DNA of 64,000 bases from Saprospiraceae bacterium (GTDB taxonomy: Bacteria > Bacteroidota > Bacteroidia > Chitinophagales > Saprospiraceae), in the NCBI GenBank assembly GCA_020628085.1, contig JAHDFQ010000005.1:2327-66326 (forward strand). The letters run 5' to 3'. Position 1 is the stretch's first letter, and the number at the start of each line of letters is the position of its first letter. Positions 9,029 through 18,338 of this stretch are shown piece by piece. The position numbers and the translations under genes are program-made. The notes beneath the pieces are model-generated. The model saw only the letters and a list, made by a program, of their open reading frames with translations. It did no database searches and was not told the DNA's origin.

Positions 9029-11050
9029 TTACGCATACGTCTCTTTCACCTTCTTTTTAAGTGCTACAACTTCATCTCTCAACTGTGCTGCTGTAATAAA
9101 ATCCAGTTCTTTAGCTGCTTTTTTCATCTTACGCTCTGATTCTGCGATCATTTTTTCGAGCTGTTCTCGATTCATATATTCAATGAGTGGATCAGCGGCG
9201 ATGCTCACTTCTTCTGGTTCAATGTAAGCATCTTTTCCTCGGACATCTAAAATAGATTGCGCTCCAATGATTTCCTCACGTGTTTTAGTAATTGTTGTTG
9301 GGGTGATGCCGTGTTCTTCGTTGTAGGCAATTTGAATCGCTCGACGTCGGTTGGTTTCTTCGATGGTTTCCTTCATCGAGTCTGTTAACTTGTCAGCATA
9401 AAAAATAACTCGACCATTGGAATTCCGTGCAGCACGACCAGCCGTCTGCGTGAGCGAACGATGATTTCTCAAAAATCCTTCTTTATCTGCATCTAGAATC
9501 GCCACTAAAGATACCTCTGGCAGATCCAATCCTTCTCTTAACAGGTTGACACCTATTAACACATCAAACTCTCCCAATCGTAAATCCCGTAAGATTTCAA
9601 CCCGTTCCATCGTATCAATTTCGGAATGTAAATAGCGGCATTTGATATTTAAACGCGTTAAATATTTAGCCAACTCTTCAGACATTCGTTTGGTCAGTGT
9701 TGTTACCAAAACCCGCTCATTCTTTTCGATTCGTTGGTTGATTTCTTCCAATAAATCATCAATTTGATTCATGCTTGGACGCACATCAATAGGCGGATCT
9801 AGCAGTCCAGTTGGACGAATCAGTTGTTCGACAAACATACCCGCCGTTTGTTCGAGTTCGTAGTTAGCAGGGGTCGCACTAACATACACCACCTGATTAA
9901 TCATGGTTTCAAATTCAGAGAAACTCAAAGGTCGGTTATCCATTGCCGAAGGTAAACGGAATCCAAAATTAACGAGGTTCAATTTTCTCGCACGATCACC
10001 ACCCCACATACCACGAACCTGTGGAATGGTCACATGACTTTCATCAATAATCATCAGATAGTCATCTGGAAAATAATCCAATAAACAGAACGGACGCGTG
10101 CCAGGTCTTCGCCCATCGAAGAAGCGAGAATAGTTTTCCACGCCTGTACAATAACCCAATTCCTTCATCATTTCGATATCAAAATTGGTGCGCTCATAAA
10201 TACGCTTTGCTTCTAGAAATTTGCGTTCCTGTTCAAAATATTTTTGTTGTGCATTGAGTTCATCTTGTATTTGACGAATAATCTGATGGATGCGTTCTCG
10301 TGGTGCGACATATAAATTAGCAGGAAAAATCGCTGCCGTGTTAATTTCAGCAATCCTTTTTCCTGATATGGTTTCTATCTTTTCAATCGTTTCAATTTCA
10401 TCACCAAAAAAGGTAATCCGATAGCCATAATCTAGATAGGGTAGATTAATATCCACCGTGTCACCTCGAACTCTAAATGTTCCTCGTTTAAATTCTACCT
10501 CTGTTCTGGCATATAAACTTTGTACCAACTCATACAAAAAAGTATTTCGAGAAACCACCATTCCCTTTTGAATCCGAATAATTCCTTGCTTAAAATCTTC
10601 GGGATTTCCCATACCATAAATACAGGAAACTGATGCGACAATAATCACATCTCGACGCCCAGACAACAAAGAAGAGGTCGCTCGTAACCTTAATTTATCC
10701 ACTTCTTCATTAATTTGTAAGTCCTTTTCAATAAAAGTATCCGTCACCGAAATATAAGCTTCGGGCTGATAGTAATCATAATAAGAAACAAAATATTCAA
10801 CAGCATTATTAGGGAAAAATTCTCGTAATTCTCCGTATAACTGCGCTGTCAACGTTTTATTATGTGTTAATACCAATGTCGGACGGTTCAGTTCTTTGAT
10901 GACATTCGCCATCGTAAACGTTTTACCAGACCCCGTGACTCCTAGCAAACATTGATGTTTTTCTTGTGCATGGATACCATTGACCAATTGAGAAATGGCT
11001 TGTGGTTGGTCACCTGTTGGTTTAAATGGAGAGATTAATTCAAATGGCAT
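9029..11050 (-). CDS. uvrB: Excinuclease ABC subunit B
   Basis: 673 aa. Walker [14 protein letters not shown] helicase motif [11 protein letters not shown], beta-hairpin region [10 protein letters not shown], and a C-terminal UVR domain [13 protein letters not shown]. Confidence 0.97.
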   Translation of the reverse strand: MPFELISPFKPTGDQPQAISQLVNGIHAQEKHQCLLGVTGSGKTFTMANVIKELNRPTLVLTHNKTLTAQLYGELREFFPNNAVEYFVSYYDYYQPEAYISVTDTFIEKDLQINEEVDKLRLRATSSLLSGRRDVIIVASVSCIYGMGNPEDFKQGIIRIQKGMVVSRNTFLYELVQSLYARTEVEFKRGTFRVRGDTVDINLPYLDYGYRITFFGDEIETIEKIETISGKRIAEINTAAIFPANLYVAPRERIHQIIRQIQDELNAQQKYFEQERKFLEAKRIYERTNFDIEMMKELGYCTGVENYSRFFDGRRPGTRPFCLLDYFPDDYLMIIDESHVTIPQVRGMWGGDRARKLNLVNFGFRLPSAMDNRPLSFSEFETMINQVVYVSATPANYELEQTAGMFVEQLIRPTGLLDPPIDVRPSMNQIDDLLEEINQRIEKNERVLVTTLTKRMSEELAKYLTRLNIKCRYLHSEIDTMERVEILRDLRLGEFDVLIGVNLLREGLDLPEVSLVAILDADKEGFLRNHRSLTQTAGRAARNSNGRVIFYADKLTDSMKETIEETNRRRAIQIAYNEEHGITPTTITKTREEIIGAQSILDVRGKDAYIEPEEVSIAADPLIEYMNREQLEKMIAESERKMKKAAKELDFITAAQLRDEVVALKKKVKETYA

Positions 11051-11435
11051 ATCTTCTGTTTGAGATGGATCAATTTTTCTAGTAAAAATAGTAATTTGTC
11101 AGAAATTATCGCTTTGATTTTTTCCTATATGACTTTATTCTTTTCCATTGATGAAAAGAACCAAAAATCTAGTCGAATCGCATATTTCTCAGAACTGTTA
11201 ACCTAGATTTTTAATATTTTTCCGCTTCGCCTTCAAAAATCTAAAAGCCACCCATCCGCAAGCGGTTCACGAGCTTACACTCGTTCATCCCTTTCGGACG
11301 GTTAAAATTCTGGAAATTGCTTTTTTCGACAGTTCCAACCCTAGAAATTTATTTGGCTTTCCTAAAGCATTTACTTCTTTCATATACATTCTATTTCAAT
11401 TCTTCAAATGTTAGTAATTCGTAAAGCAAATTATT

Positions 11436-11480
11436 ATAAATAAAAATGCTTTAACAGTCAATATGTTGACCATTAAAGCA
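11436..11480 (-). terminator. Rho-independent terminator of the rpsF-rpsR-rplI operon
   Basis: On the minus strand, TGCTTTAATGGTCAA / TTGACTGTTAAAGCA form a 15-bp stem with two central mismatches, followed by TTTTTATTTAT. Confidence 0.6.
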
Positions 11481-11535
11481 CTTTAAAATATATTGCAGTA
11501 CAAAAAATGTACTTGATATAATATTAGATAATTGT

Positions 11536-11982
11536 TTACTCCGCTATTACTTCAAATTCTACAGAAGTATCTACGTCTTTATGTAAGTTGATCGTAGCGG
11601 TGTATGTACCCAATTCTTTCACATCTTCTGGTAGAACAATCTTCTTGCGACTGATTTCAATACCAAATTGTTCTTGAATCGCATTTGCTAATTGGATGTT
11701 GGTTACACTACCGAAAATCTTTCCGCTAGTACCTGCTTTTGCTCCAACTTTCAGTACTTTCGTTTTCAAACTTGCGGCAATTTCTTCATATTGACCAACC
11801 ATTTTAGCTTCTTTTGCTTCTTGGCGACGTACATAATCTTCCAAACGACGCAAGTTGGTACTATTGGCGATGAGTGCTTGTCCTCTTGGGATCAAACAGT
11901 TACGAGCATAACCATCTTTAACAGTTACTAACTCATATTTACCGCCGACTTTATCTATATTTTGTAATAAAATAATTTCCAT
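11536..11982 (-). CDS. rplI: 50S ribosomal protein L9
   Basis: MEIILLQNIDKVGGKYELVTVKDGYARNCLIPRGQA is the canonical L9 N-terminus. 148 aa. Confidence 0.95.
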   Translation of the reverse strand: MEIILLQNIDKVGGKYELVTVKDGYARNCLIPRGQALIANSTNLRRLEDYVRRQEAKEAKMVGQYEEIAASLKTKVLKVGAKAGTSGKIFGSVTNIQLANAIQEQFGIEISRKKIVLPEDVKELGTYTATINLHKDVDTSVEFEVIAE

Positions 11983-12021
11983 AATAATTTATCTTTAAAG
12001 GTATCCGAAGACTACCTTATA

Positions 12022-12288
12022 TTATTTATATAAATCCGTTACGAACGGCATGAATGCCAAATGACGAGCACGCTTAATTGCTACAGCCACTTTACGTTGA
12101 TACTTCAAAGAGTTTCCTGTAATACGACGAGGTAATACTTTACCTTGTTCGTTTACAAACTGACCTAAAAAGTCTTTGTCTTTGTAATCAATATATTTGA
12201 TACCGAATTTACGGAAACGGCAATATTTTTTCTTACGAGAACCAATATTAGGATTACTTAAAAATTTTATATCATCTCTAGATGCCAT
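12022..12288 (-). CDS. rpsR: 30S ribosomal protein S18
   Basis: [18 protein letters not shown]...[32 protein letters not shown] is the S18 signature. Confidence 0.95.
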   Translation of the reverse strand: MASRDDIKFLSNPNIGSRKKKYCRFRKFGIKYIDYKDKDFLGQFVNEQGKVLPRRITGNSLKYQRKVAVAIKRARHLAFMPFVTDLYK

Positions 12289-12335
12289 AATTTTTTTCTT
12301 TTGATAATTCTTTTAAAATGAGATTCAAACTAATG

Positions 12336-12833
12336 CTACTCTTCTGCCTTTGGGGCTTCAGCGGTTGCTTCTGCTGTTTCAGGTTTAGGAGCATCCGCCT
12401 TTGGAGCTTCTTTTTTCGGACGTGAGTTATTACGGTTTCGATCATTACGACCTCGTTTGTTATCCGCTTTTTCCTCTTTACGAACGATTTTTTTCGCCTT
12501 ACCAATTAGACCATTACGCTTATCTTCGTTGTACTTGATACCGTATTTTTCTAATCGAACGGTCAAGAATCGTAAAATACGATCATCACGTCGCATGGCT
12601 AATTCGTATTCATTGATTAAACCACCTTTCTCGATTTGGAATTCGATACAGTAGTAAATCCCTGAAGAACGTTTGTTAATTTGATATGCCAACTGGCGCA
12701 ATCCCATCTCATCTACATGAACGATGTTGGCGTCACCACCTTTTATCATGTCCACATAAGCATTTGCTGTCGCTTTTATTTCATCGCCCGACAGGACTGG
12801 ATCTACGATGAAAGTTACTTCATATTGTTTCAT
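12336..12833 (-). CDS. rpsF: 30S ribosomal protein S6 with a long charged C-terminal tail
   Basis: MKQYEVTFIVDPVLSGDE...RQLAYQINKRSSGIYYCIEF is the S6 core. ATG at 12833-12831 is chosen because the track's 39-codon upstream extension has no S6 homology and overlaps the promoter match. Confidence 0.9.
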   Translation of the reverse strand: MKQYEVTFIVDPVLSGDEIKATANAYVDMIKGGDANIVHVDEMGLRQLAYQINKRSSGIYYCIEFQIEKGGLINEYELAMRRDDRILRFLTVRLEKYGIKYNEDKRNGLIGKAKKIVRKEEKADNKRGRNDRNRNNSRPKKEAPKADAPKPETAEATAEAPKAEE

Positions 12834-12871
12834 TAAGAAAAATATTGAGTGATTAAATTTAAAAATGAGTG

Positions 12872-12902
12872 CAAAGATAGGTTTTTTGGTGGGAAAAACA
12901 AA
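12872..12902 (-). promoter_or_regulatory. Bacteroidota-type promoter of the rpsF operon
   Basis: On the minus strand: TTTG (12902-12899), exactly 19 nt, then TATCTTTG (12879-12872). The -7 box ends about 38 nt upstream of the rpsF ATG. Confidence 0.55.
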
Positions 12903-12980
12903 GGAGTTATTGCGTTTTTTTAGGCAATAACAGATATGTGGCGTCGGCAAACACTGACCCTGTTTTTGAGCAATCAGATA

Positions 12981-13832
12981 TTATTTTATTAGTACTACTT
13001 TTTGATAGTGTATATTTTTATCATTGGTTTGTAAACGTATGATATAAGTTCCTCTATCGTATATAGATAAATCTACATCCGCTTGATAGGTGTTTAGAGT
13101 CGTAGTATATATTTGTTGACCAAAAGTTGTGAATACTTCAACCGTGCGAATGAGCGAAGATGGATACTCAACTCGTACCATTCCTGTACTTGGATTTGGA
13201 TAGATCATAAGTGAACTTACAGTATCCACCTCTTTTGTAGAACTTAATATCCAACAATCATCAAAGTTTGGGTTTTGATAAATTTGTGTGTCTTCATTAT
13301 AATGACAAACAATAGCAATATTATCTGACATTGAGCAATATCGAGGATTTAAAAATCCTTTTAAATCACCAATTCCTTCTATCCAAGAAAATGGAACATC
13401 CCCTTGGTTATTACTAACATACAGCCGCTTTCTATAAGTTCCATCTAAAAGTAGTATTGAATCAACGTCTATTACATTGAACTGACAAGTTCTAGTAGAA
13501 ATTTCATCACCTATATTGACGTCAAAATCATATAGTAAAAATTCATCTGTACTAAAATCATTGATTTCATATATTTTATTTCCTGAAAATCTTACTAAAT
13601 CAGAAGTATCAAAAAAAGTATCACCGTCTGGCATATTAGATACCTCCACTCGATGGTAATCCATTCCATTTATTATTGTTGGTTCGGGTGATATTCTGAG
13701 TCTTAAATTAGCAAATTCAGGGCCTATAGATTCTCCAAGTTCATGCCAAGTACAATTAAAATAATTATAATCTTGCGCAGAAATATTAAATGTTATCAAT
13801 ACAACGGCTAAGTAAGTCAGTAGCTTTCTCAT
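12981..13832 (-). CDS. Secreted hypothetical protein with a T9SS C-terminal sorting domain
   Basis: Signal peptide MRKLLTYLAVVLITFNISAQ. C-terminal MIYPNPSTGMVRVEYP...GTYIIRLQTNDKNIHYQKVVLIK is a Por/T9SS CTD. Confidence 0.8.
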   Translation of the reverse strand: MRKLLTYLAVVLITFNISAQDYNYFNCTWHELGESIGPEFANLRLRISPEPTIINGMDYHRVEVSNMPDGDTFFDTSDLVRFSGNKIYEINDFSTDEFLLYDFDVNIGDEISTRTCQFNVIDVDSILLLDGTYRKRLYVSNNQGDVPFSWIEGIGDLKGFLNPRYCSMSDNIAIVCHYNEDTQIYQNPNFDDCWILSSTKEVDTVSSLMIYPNPSTGMVRVEYPSSLIRTVEVFTTFGQQIYTTTLNTYQADVDLSIYDRGTYIIRLQTNDKNIHYQKVVLIK

Positions 13833-15334
13833 AGTCTAATAAATTTTTCTGTTTGAAAAATATACTTATTATCCATCAATTGTAAATAGTATGTTCCTTT
13901 GGGTAGATGGTGAACGTCAATTTTTTCTTTTTTTGCACCTCTATCTACTAATTGTCCTTGATTATTAAATATTCGGTAGTCCGTGTATTTTTTGTTGTCG
14001 ATACTTACAAAATCAGATGTGGGATTGGGATAAACAGTTGTAGAACTTGCATCTAAACTAGGTGAATTTACGGAAGTCAGAATGGTCGTCTCATCACAAC
14101 CATATTGGTCTAAACAGCCATTTTCATCTATAGAAAGTATCCACATATCTAGCTGATGAATACCATCTATATCTTTGAAAGAAGTAATTCCGTGAGCAAC
14201 AAATCCACCTGTTTCAGTTTGTTGTATACCGTATAAATAAGAATCCTTGTATTGACCGAGTTCTTCTGGATTAATATCCGATGGGAGCTTATAAATATTA
14301 TAATCTAACATTTCTCCTTCTTGTGATAACCGAATGACAAAACCATTCCACTTACTGTCTTGACTATTATCAGGAACAGCATCCCAAACACTACCACAAG
14401 CAATAATATCACCATTATCCGCCTGAATGATTTGATTAGTAGTATGCGTACGATTGTTAGTAAACGGATCAGCAGGAAGAAGAAAACTCCATTCCAGCGT
14501 TTCCATATCAGCGTTCAGCTTATTGATCCGACCCTGAGAAGAAGGAAAATCGATTTGAGGTTCTAACCTAGAGGGAAAGTAATAATCACCTTCTTGACTA
14601 GCTAACAGTACAGGGCCTAGGTGTATGGGGAGATCAATATAATTATATTTTGATATTTCATTCCCGTCTTTATCTATTTTAACAATGTGAAAATTTGTTC
14701 CTTCATTTACACTCACTGCATTCATAAAAACCAAATTTCCATCGTTGGTTGGCTGTAGGAAAATTGCATAGTTGAGTGTTCCCCCATACCTATAACGTTT
14801 GTCCCAAATAATATTAAGATTTGTATCTAATTTAATCACCTGAGCATTAGATGATTCATTTTCAAATTCATATACGTTTCCATATATGTAGTAAAAACTA
14901 TCAATTTTTTCAATACCGACACTAAGTGCACTTTCTCCTTCGTTTCCAATGGTTAATATCGTCTCCTCCTCTAGTTTTTTATCTGATCTGATTATATCTA
15001 TGTATCTGTCAGGTAAAATAGGCTCTACTTCAACTCCTACCATGATGAGGCTATCTTCATTTATCAGTAAGGCATTACTCGTTGCCATTTGAAAATTTGG
15101 TTTTACCTTAACATATTGTAATTCCCCATTAAAATCCAGATGAGAAATACTTGTACAAATATTTTCATCTGCATAACAAGTATGATGATTTAATACAATA
15201 ATTTTATCTACATCTACATCACAAGACCAAGTCAAATTCTCAGGTGATATTTCAAAATCGTACGTTTTACTGAAAGTGTTTTGAGTAAAACCATTTATAG
15301 TACAAAAACAAAAAGCGATAAAAATCCATTTCAT
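13829..15334 (-). CDS. Secreted hypothetical protein with a T9SS C-terminal sorting domain
   Basis: Signal peptide MKWIFIAFCFCTINGFTQ. C-terminal VYPNPTSDFVSIDN...LPKGTYYLQLMDNKYIFQTEKFIRL. Its stop overlaps the downstream start by 4 nt (ATGA). Confidence 0.8.
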   Translation of the reverse strand: MKWIFIAFCFCTINGFTQNTFSKTYDFEISPENLTWSCDVDVDKIIVLNHHTCYADENICTSISHLDFNGELQYVKVKPNFQMATSNALLINEDSLIMVGVEVEPILPDRYIDIIRSDKKLEEETILTIGNEGESALSVGIEKIDSFYYIYGNVYEFENESSNAQVIKLDTNLNIIWDKRYRYGGTLNYAIFLQPTNDGNLVFMNAVSVNEGTNFHIVKIDKDGNEISKYNYIDLPIHLGPVLLASQEGDYYFPSRLEPQIDFPSSQGRINKLNADMETLEWSFLLPADPFTNNRTHTTNQIIQADNGDIIACGSVWDAVPDNSQDSKWNGFVIRLSQEGEMLDYNIYKLPSDINPEELGQYKDSYLYGIQQTETGGFVAHGITSFKDIDGIHQLDMWILSIDENGCLDQYGCDETTILTSVNSPSLDASSTTVYPNPTSDFVSIDNKKYTDYRIFNNQGQLVDRGAKKEKIDVHHLPKGTYYLQLMDNKYIFQTEKFIRL

Positions 15335-15405
15335 AATAATTATTGTTGTTTAACAAGGGACTTAATAACATCAAAGCAATATTCCCAAGTCCCTTGTTTT
15401 ATTGA

Positions 15406-15687
15406 TTATTTATGCATCAACATTATTTTGTCTTGTAAAATAATATCTCCCTCAGATTTTATAGTAACAATGTAAACACCATTTTTCCAAGTAGATGTAT
15501 TTATTTGTAGGTTGGAACTAACTTTATTATGAGCGACAAAACCTGAGATGGTTGAAAAAATCAGGACATAAAATTCTCTTAACTTTATGCACATAATAAA
15601 GACAATCAAAACTCTCAAAAACATCTTCAATATATTGTCTCCTTTATTTGATGTACGGTAAACGACATCACCTATCGAATGCACCAA
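15406..15687 (-). pseudogene. Remnant of a T9SS-cargo gene (only the distal half of a CTD is retained)
   Basis: The C-terminus NLQINTSTWKNGVYIVTIKSEGDIILQDKIMLMHK looks like the last strands of a T9SS CTD. The N-terminal 50 aa are hydrophobic with no similarity. There is no signal peptide or passenger domain, and only a TTG start. Confidence 0.45.
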
Positions 15688-15721
15688 GCTCGCTGGAACA
15701 TTACCGTTTCTATTTTAGACT

Positions 15722-15756
15722 GAAAAGAAAAGAAAAGAAAAGAAAAGAAAAGAAAA
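15722..15756. repeat. Pentanucleotide microsatellite (GAAAA)x7
   Basis: Seven perfect tandem GAAAA units, read directly from the sequence. The tract lies 35 nt from the TTG of the CTD remnant. Confidence 0.95.
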
Positions 15757-16108
15757 TATTTTATTGGTTAAGACTTTTCGCTTTTTCTTTTTAGCCCACT
15801 AGTTTTTATGTGATATAAATATAGTAGTTATTTATCATAGATGCAAATTCATATTTACTTTATGATGACATTTACATAAAGTCCATGTTGCACTAAAACA
15901 CTCTAGAGCTTATCGCTTATCTTTGTTTCAAAATCTAATATTCGTACACCACTAGTATTCTATTACTTATGTTTAATATCGCTCCATGGCTCAACGAATG
16001 CCTGAACGCCGACCTTTATTAAAACTGAAGGGAATCTAGAGTTAGTGATCATTAATGATTTTTTTAACTGAAAATAGCCCTAGTTTTTAAATCCTTAAAA
16101 AACTTGAA

Positions 16109-16714
16109 CTACTTCTTGTATGGCACTCTTGCTACAATCGACCTGGCTAAAGTCACTTCATCTGCATATTCTAATTCGCCACCAAAAGCGACACCACGAG
16201 CGATGGTACTAACATTGACTTCTACGTCGGTGAGCTGTTTGGAAATATAGAAAATAGTGGTATCTCCTTCAATAGTTGGGCTGATAGCCATAATCACTTC
16301 TTTGACTTGTTCTGTTTGGATACGTTGTAAAAGACTACTGATATTTAAATCGCTAGGGCCAATGCCTTCAATAGGCGAAATAACCCCACCAAGCACATGA
16401 TACATACCCTTGTATTGTCCCGTATCTTCAATTGCCATAATATCTCGAATTCCTTCCACTACACAGATCGTTTGTTTATCTCGACTCGGATTGGTACAAA
16501 TATTACAAATCGTATCATCTGAAATATTAAAACAATTGCTACACTGTTTGATATGCTGGCGCATATTAGTGATAGCATTGGCAAAATTAGTCGTAATGTC
16601 TTTGTCTTGATGTATTAAGTATAGTACCAACCGTAGCGCTGTTTTCTTACCAATACCTGGTAAAATAGCGAAAGCTTCTACTGCTTCTTCTATTAGCTTT
16701 GAGGAAAAATTCAT
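16109..16714 (-). CDS. recR: Recombination protein RecR
   Basis: HhH region LPGIGKKTALRL, C4 zinc finger CSNCFNISDDTICNIC, and Toprim motif ICVVEGIRDIMAIE. 201 aa. Confidence 0.95.
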   Translation of the reverse strand: MNFSSKLIEEAVEAFAILPGIGKKTALRLVLYLIHQDKDITTNFANAITNMRQHIKQCSNCFNISDDTICNICTNPSRDKQTICVVEGIRDIMAIEDTGQYKGMYHVLGGVISPIEGIGPSDLNISSLLQRIQTEQVKEVIMAISPTIEGDTTIFYISKQLTDVEVNVSTIARGVAFGGELEYADEVTLARSIVARVPYKK

Positions 16715-16720
16715 AACTGC

Positions 16721-17851
16721 TTACTTTTTTAGTACCCAACCATCTGCTTCTATCAATAATGGTGTATCTGGAAAATCAGCTTTGGTGAGTTCAATTAATT
16801 TTTGGGTAGCACGTGCTTGTGGATCAATTTTTGGTCCATGGGTTTTAGCTTGATAAATTGGGGTAATTTTAGCATGCACAAATCCTCCATTTTTATCGAC
16901 AGCTACTTCTACCATTGGCGCAATACCTGCAGCGCCACGTAAGTTAAACCGTCCATACGTACAGAAGTTGCCAAGGCTATAAATGATGAACCGATTGTTG
17001 TATAGTTCCATCGCACGGGTAACATGTGGGCCATGACCAAATACAATATCTGCCCCTGCATCAATGACAGCATGTGCAAAAGCGTGCACATTTCCACGGT
17101 TCTCTCCATAGTATATTTCTGTCTTTTTGGTAACATGTTGATTTTTTGCACCTTCTGCACCACCATGAAAAGAAACAATGACAATGTCTGTTTTGGCTTC
17201 TAATTCTTGTACAATTTGCTTGGCTTTAGTAATATTTCTAATATCAACTGTTCCTGTGTTTGGTGCGAAAGCACAAAAACCGTAGGTGACACCATTTCGT
17301 TCAAAAACAGTACTTTCATCCGTACCTGCGAGACCAGCGTACGCAATACCAGATTCATCCAAAACACGCTTAGTCGTTCGACGACCTTCTGCACCAAAAT
17401 CGCCTGTATGATTATTGGCAATACTCACTACATCAAATCCTGTATTTTTAAAATGTTCGATATAATTTTCGGGTGAGCGAAAGGCATAACACAAATCGGG
17501 GTTCGAGCAACGCTTGACATTACCACCTTTATCCAATAGCGTTCCTTCCAAATTTCCGAATGTCACATCGGCATTTTGAAGTAAAGGCGCCACGTCTTTT
17601 AGTAAATCTTTGCCACCATTGGGAGGTAAATAGCCTGCATTTGGATAATTAGTACCCAACATCATATCCCCTACTCCCATGATGGTATAAATTTCTATTT
17701 TATTAGAATCTATTGTAGTAGTAACGATATTTGAATCAGCAACTATTGTATTGGATGCCGTTTTGGTACTGTCGGTAGTTTCTGTTTGGAATGAACAGAA
17801 TAGAAACGTTATACTTATAAAGAAGAGGAAAAGAGTGTTTTGAATATTCAT
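16721..17851 (-). CDS. CapA/PGA_cap family metallophosphatase-like protein
   Basis: Motifs MGVGDMMLG, FGNLEGTL, SIANNHTGDFG, SFHGGAEG and GHGPH are typical of CapA (poly-gamma-glutamate capsule synthesis family). An N-terminal signal or TM is present. Confidence 0.8.
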   Translation of the reverse strand: MNIQNTLFLFFISITFLFCSFQTETTDSTKTASNTIVADSNIVTTTIDSNKIEIYTIMGVGDMMLGTNYPNAGYLPPNGGKDLLKDVAPLLQNADVTFGNLEGTLLDKGGNVKRCSNPDLCYAFRSPENYIEHFKNTGFDVVSIANNHTGDFGAEGRRTTKRVLDESGIAYAGLAGTDESTVFERNGVTYGFCAFAPNTGTVDIRNITKAKQIVQELEAKTDIVIVSFHGGAEGAKNQHVTKKTEIYYGENRGNVHAFAHAVIDAGADIVFGHGPHVTRAMELYNNRFIIYSLGNFCTYGRFNLRGAAGIAPMVEVAVDKNGGFVHAKITPIYQAKTHGPKIDPQARATQKLIELTKADFPDTPLLIEADGWVLKK

Positions 17852-17936
17852 AGTTATCTATACTTATATTTTCAAACAAAAGTAAGGATAAGATATGATT
17901 ATTTGTAGAATTGTGCTGGTAGGATTAGGTTTACAT

Positions 17937-18338
17937 TTATTCTATCAAATGATATATCTCGACTCTATTATTATCAGGATCTCGGACAATACTAGAATAA
18001 GTGCCTTGTTCTTCTTCGTAAGGGTGTTTTTCAAGGGTGAATCCTTCATCTATCACCCATTGCGTGAGATCATCTACTTGTGATTTATTATGAAATCGAA
18101 AGGCAATATCATTGATTGGGTGCATCAATTCAGCAGCATCAGGAATACTAAATACCTGCTTTTTCGATAAAAGCTCTATAGAGGGGCCATTTCTAAAAGA
18201 AATAAAATAAGAATCCAGATCATCTGCACGTTCTTTGGCATTTCTCTTTGCTTTTCCTGCAAAAAAAAGTGTGTAAAACTTACGTGAACGATCAATGTTT
18301 TCTGTCCAAATATTGATATGTTCCTTACCCATAACCAT
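17937..18338 (-). CDS. VOC/glyoxalase superfamily protein
   Basis: 133 aa single VOC module (HINIWTENIDRSRKFY ... DPDNNRVEIY). Confidence 0.65.
   Translation of the reverse strand: MVMGKEHINIWTENIDRSRKFYTLFFAGKAKRNAKERADDLDSYFISFRNGPSIELLSKKQVFSIPDAAELMHPINDIAFRFHNKSQVDDLTQWVIDEGFTLEKHPYEEEQGTYSSIVRDPDNNRVEIYHLIE

Noticed and set aside
11160-11215. tmRNA or tRNA-like sequence. The minus strand contains GCGATTCGACTAGATTTTT, reminiscent of the GGATTCGAC near the tmRNA 5' end.
   Set aside because: There is no acceptor stem, no T-arm GGTTCGAATCC-type sequence, no tag ORF and no 3' CCA context. The similarity is only 8 nt. I recognised no tRNA or rRNA elsewhere in the window.
12834-12950. 39-codon N-terminal extension of rpsF, and the overlapping ORF 12278-12505(-).
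   Set aside because: S6 homology starts at MKQYEVTF (ATG 12833), and the extension covers the TTTG-N19-TATCTTTG promoter match. The 12278-12505 ORF is out of frame across the rpsF tail and the rpsF-rpsR spacer, with a poly-basic junk translation.
15722-15756. Possible CRISPR array or other spaced repeat.
   Set aside because: It is a contiguous pentanucleotide microsatellite with no spacers. I found no repeat-spacer architecture or cas genes anywhere in the window.
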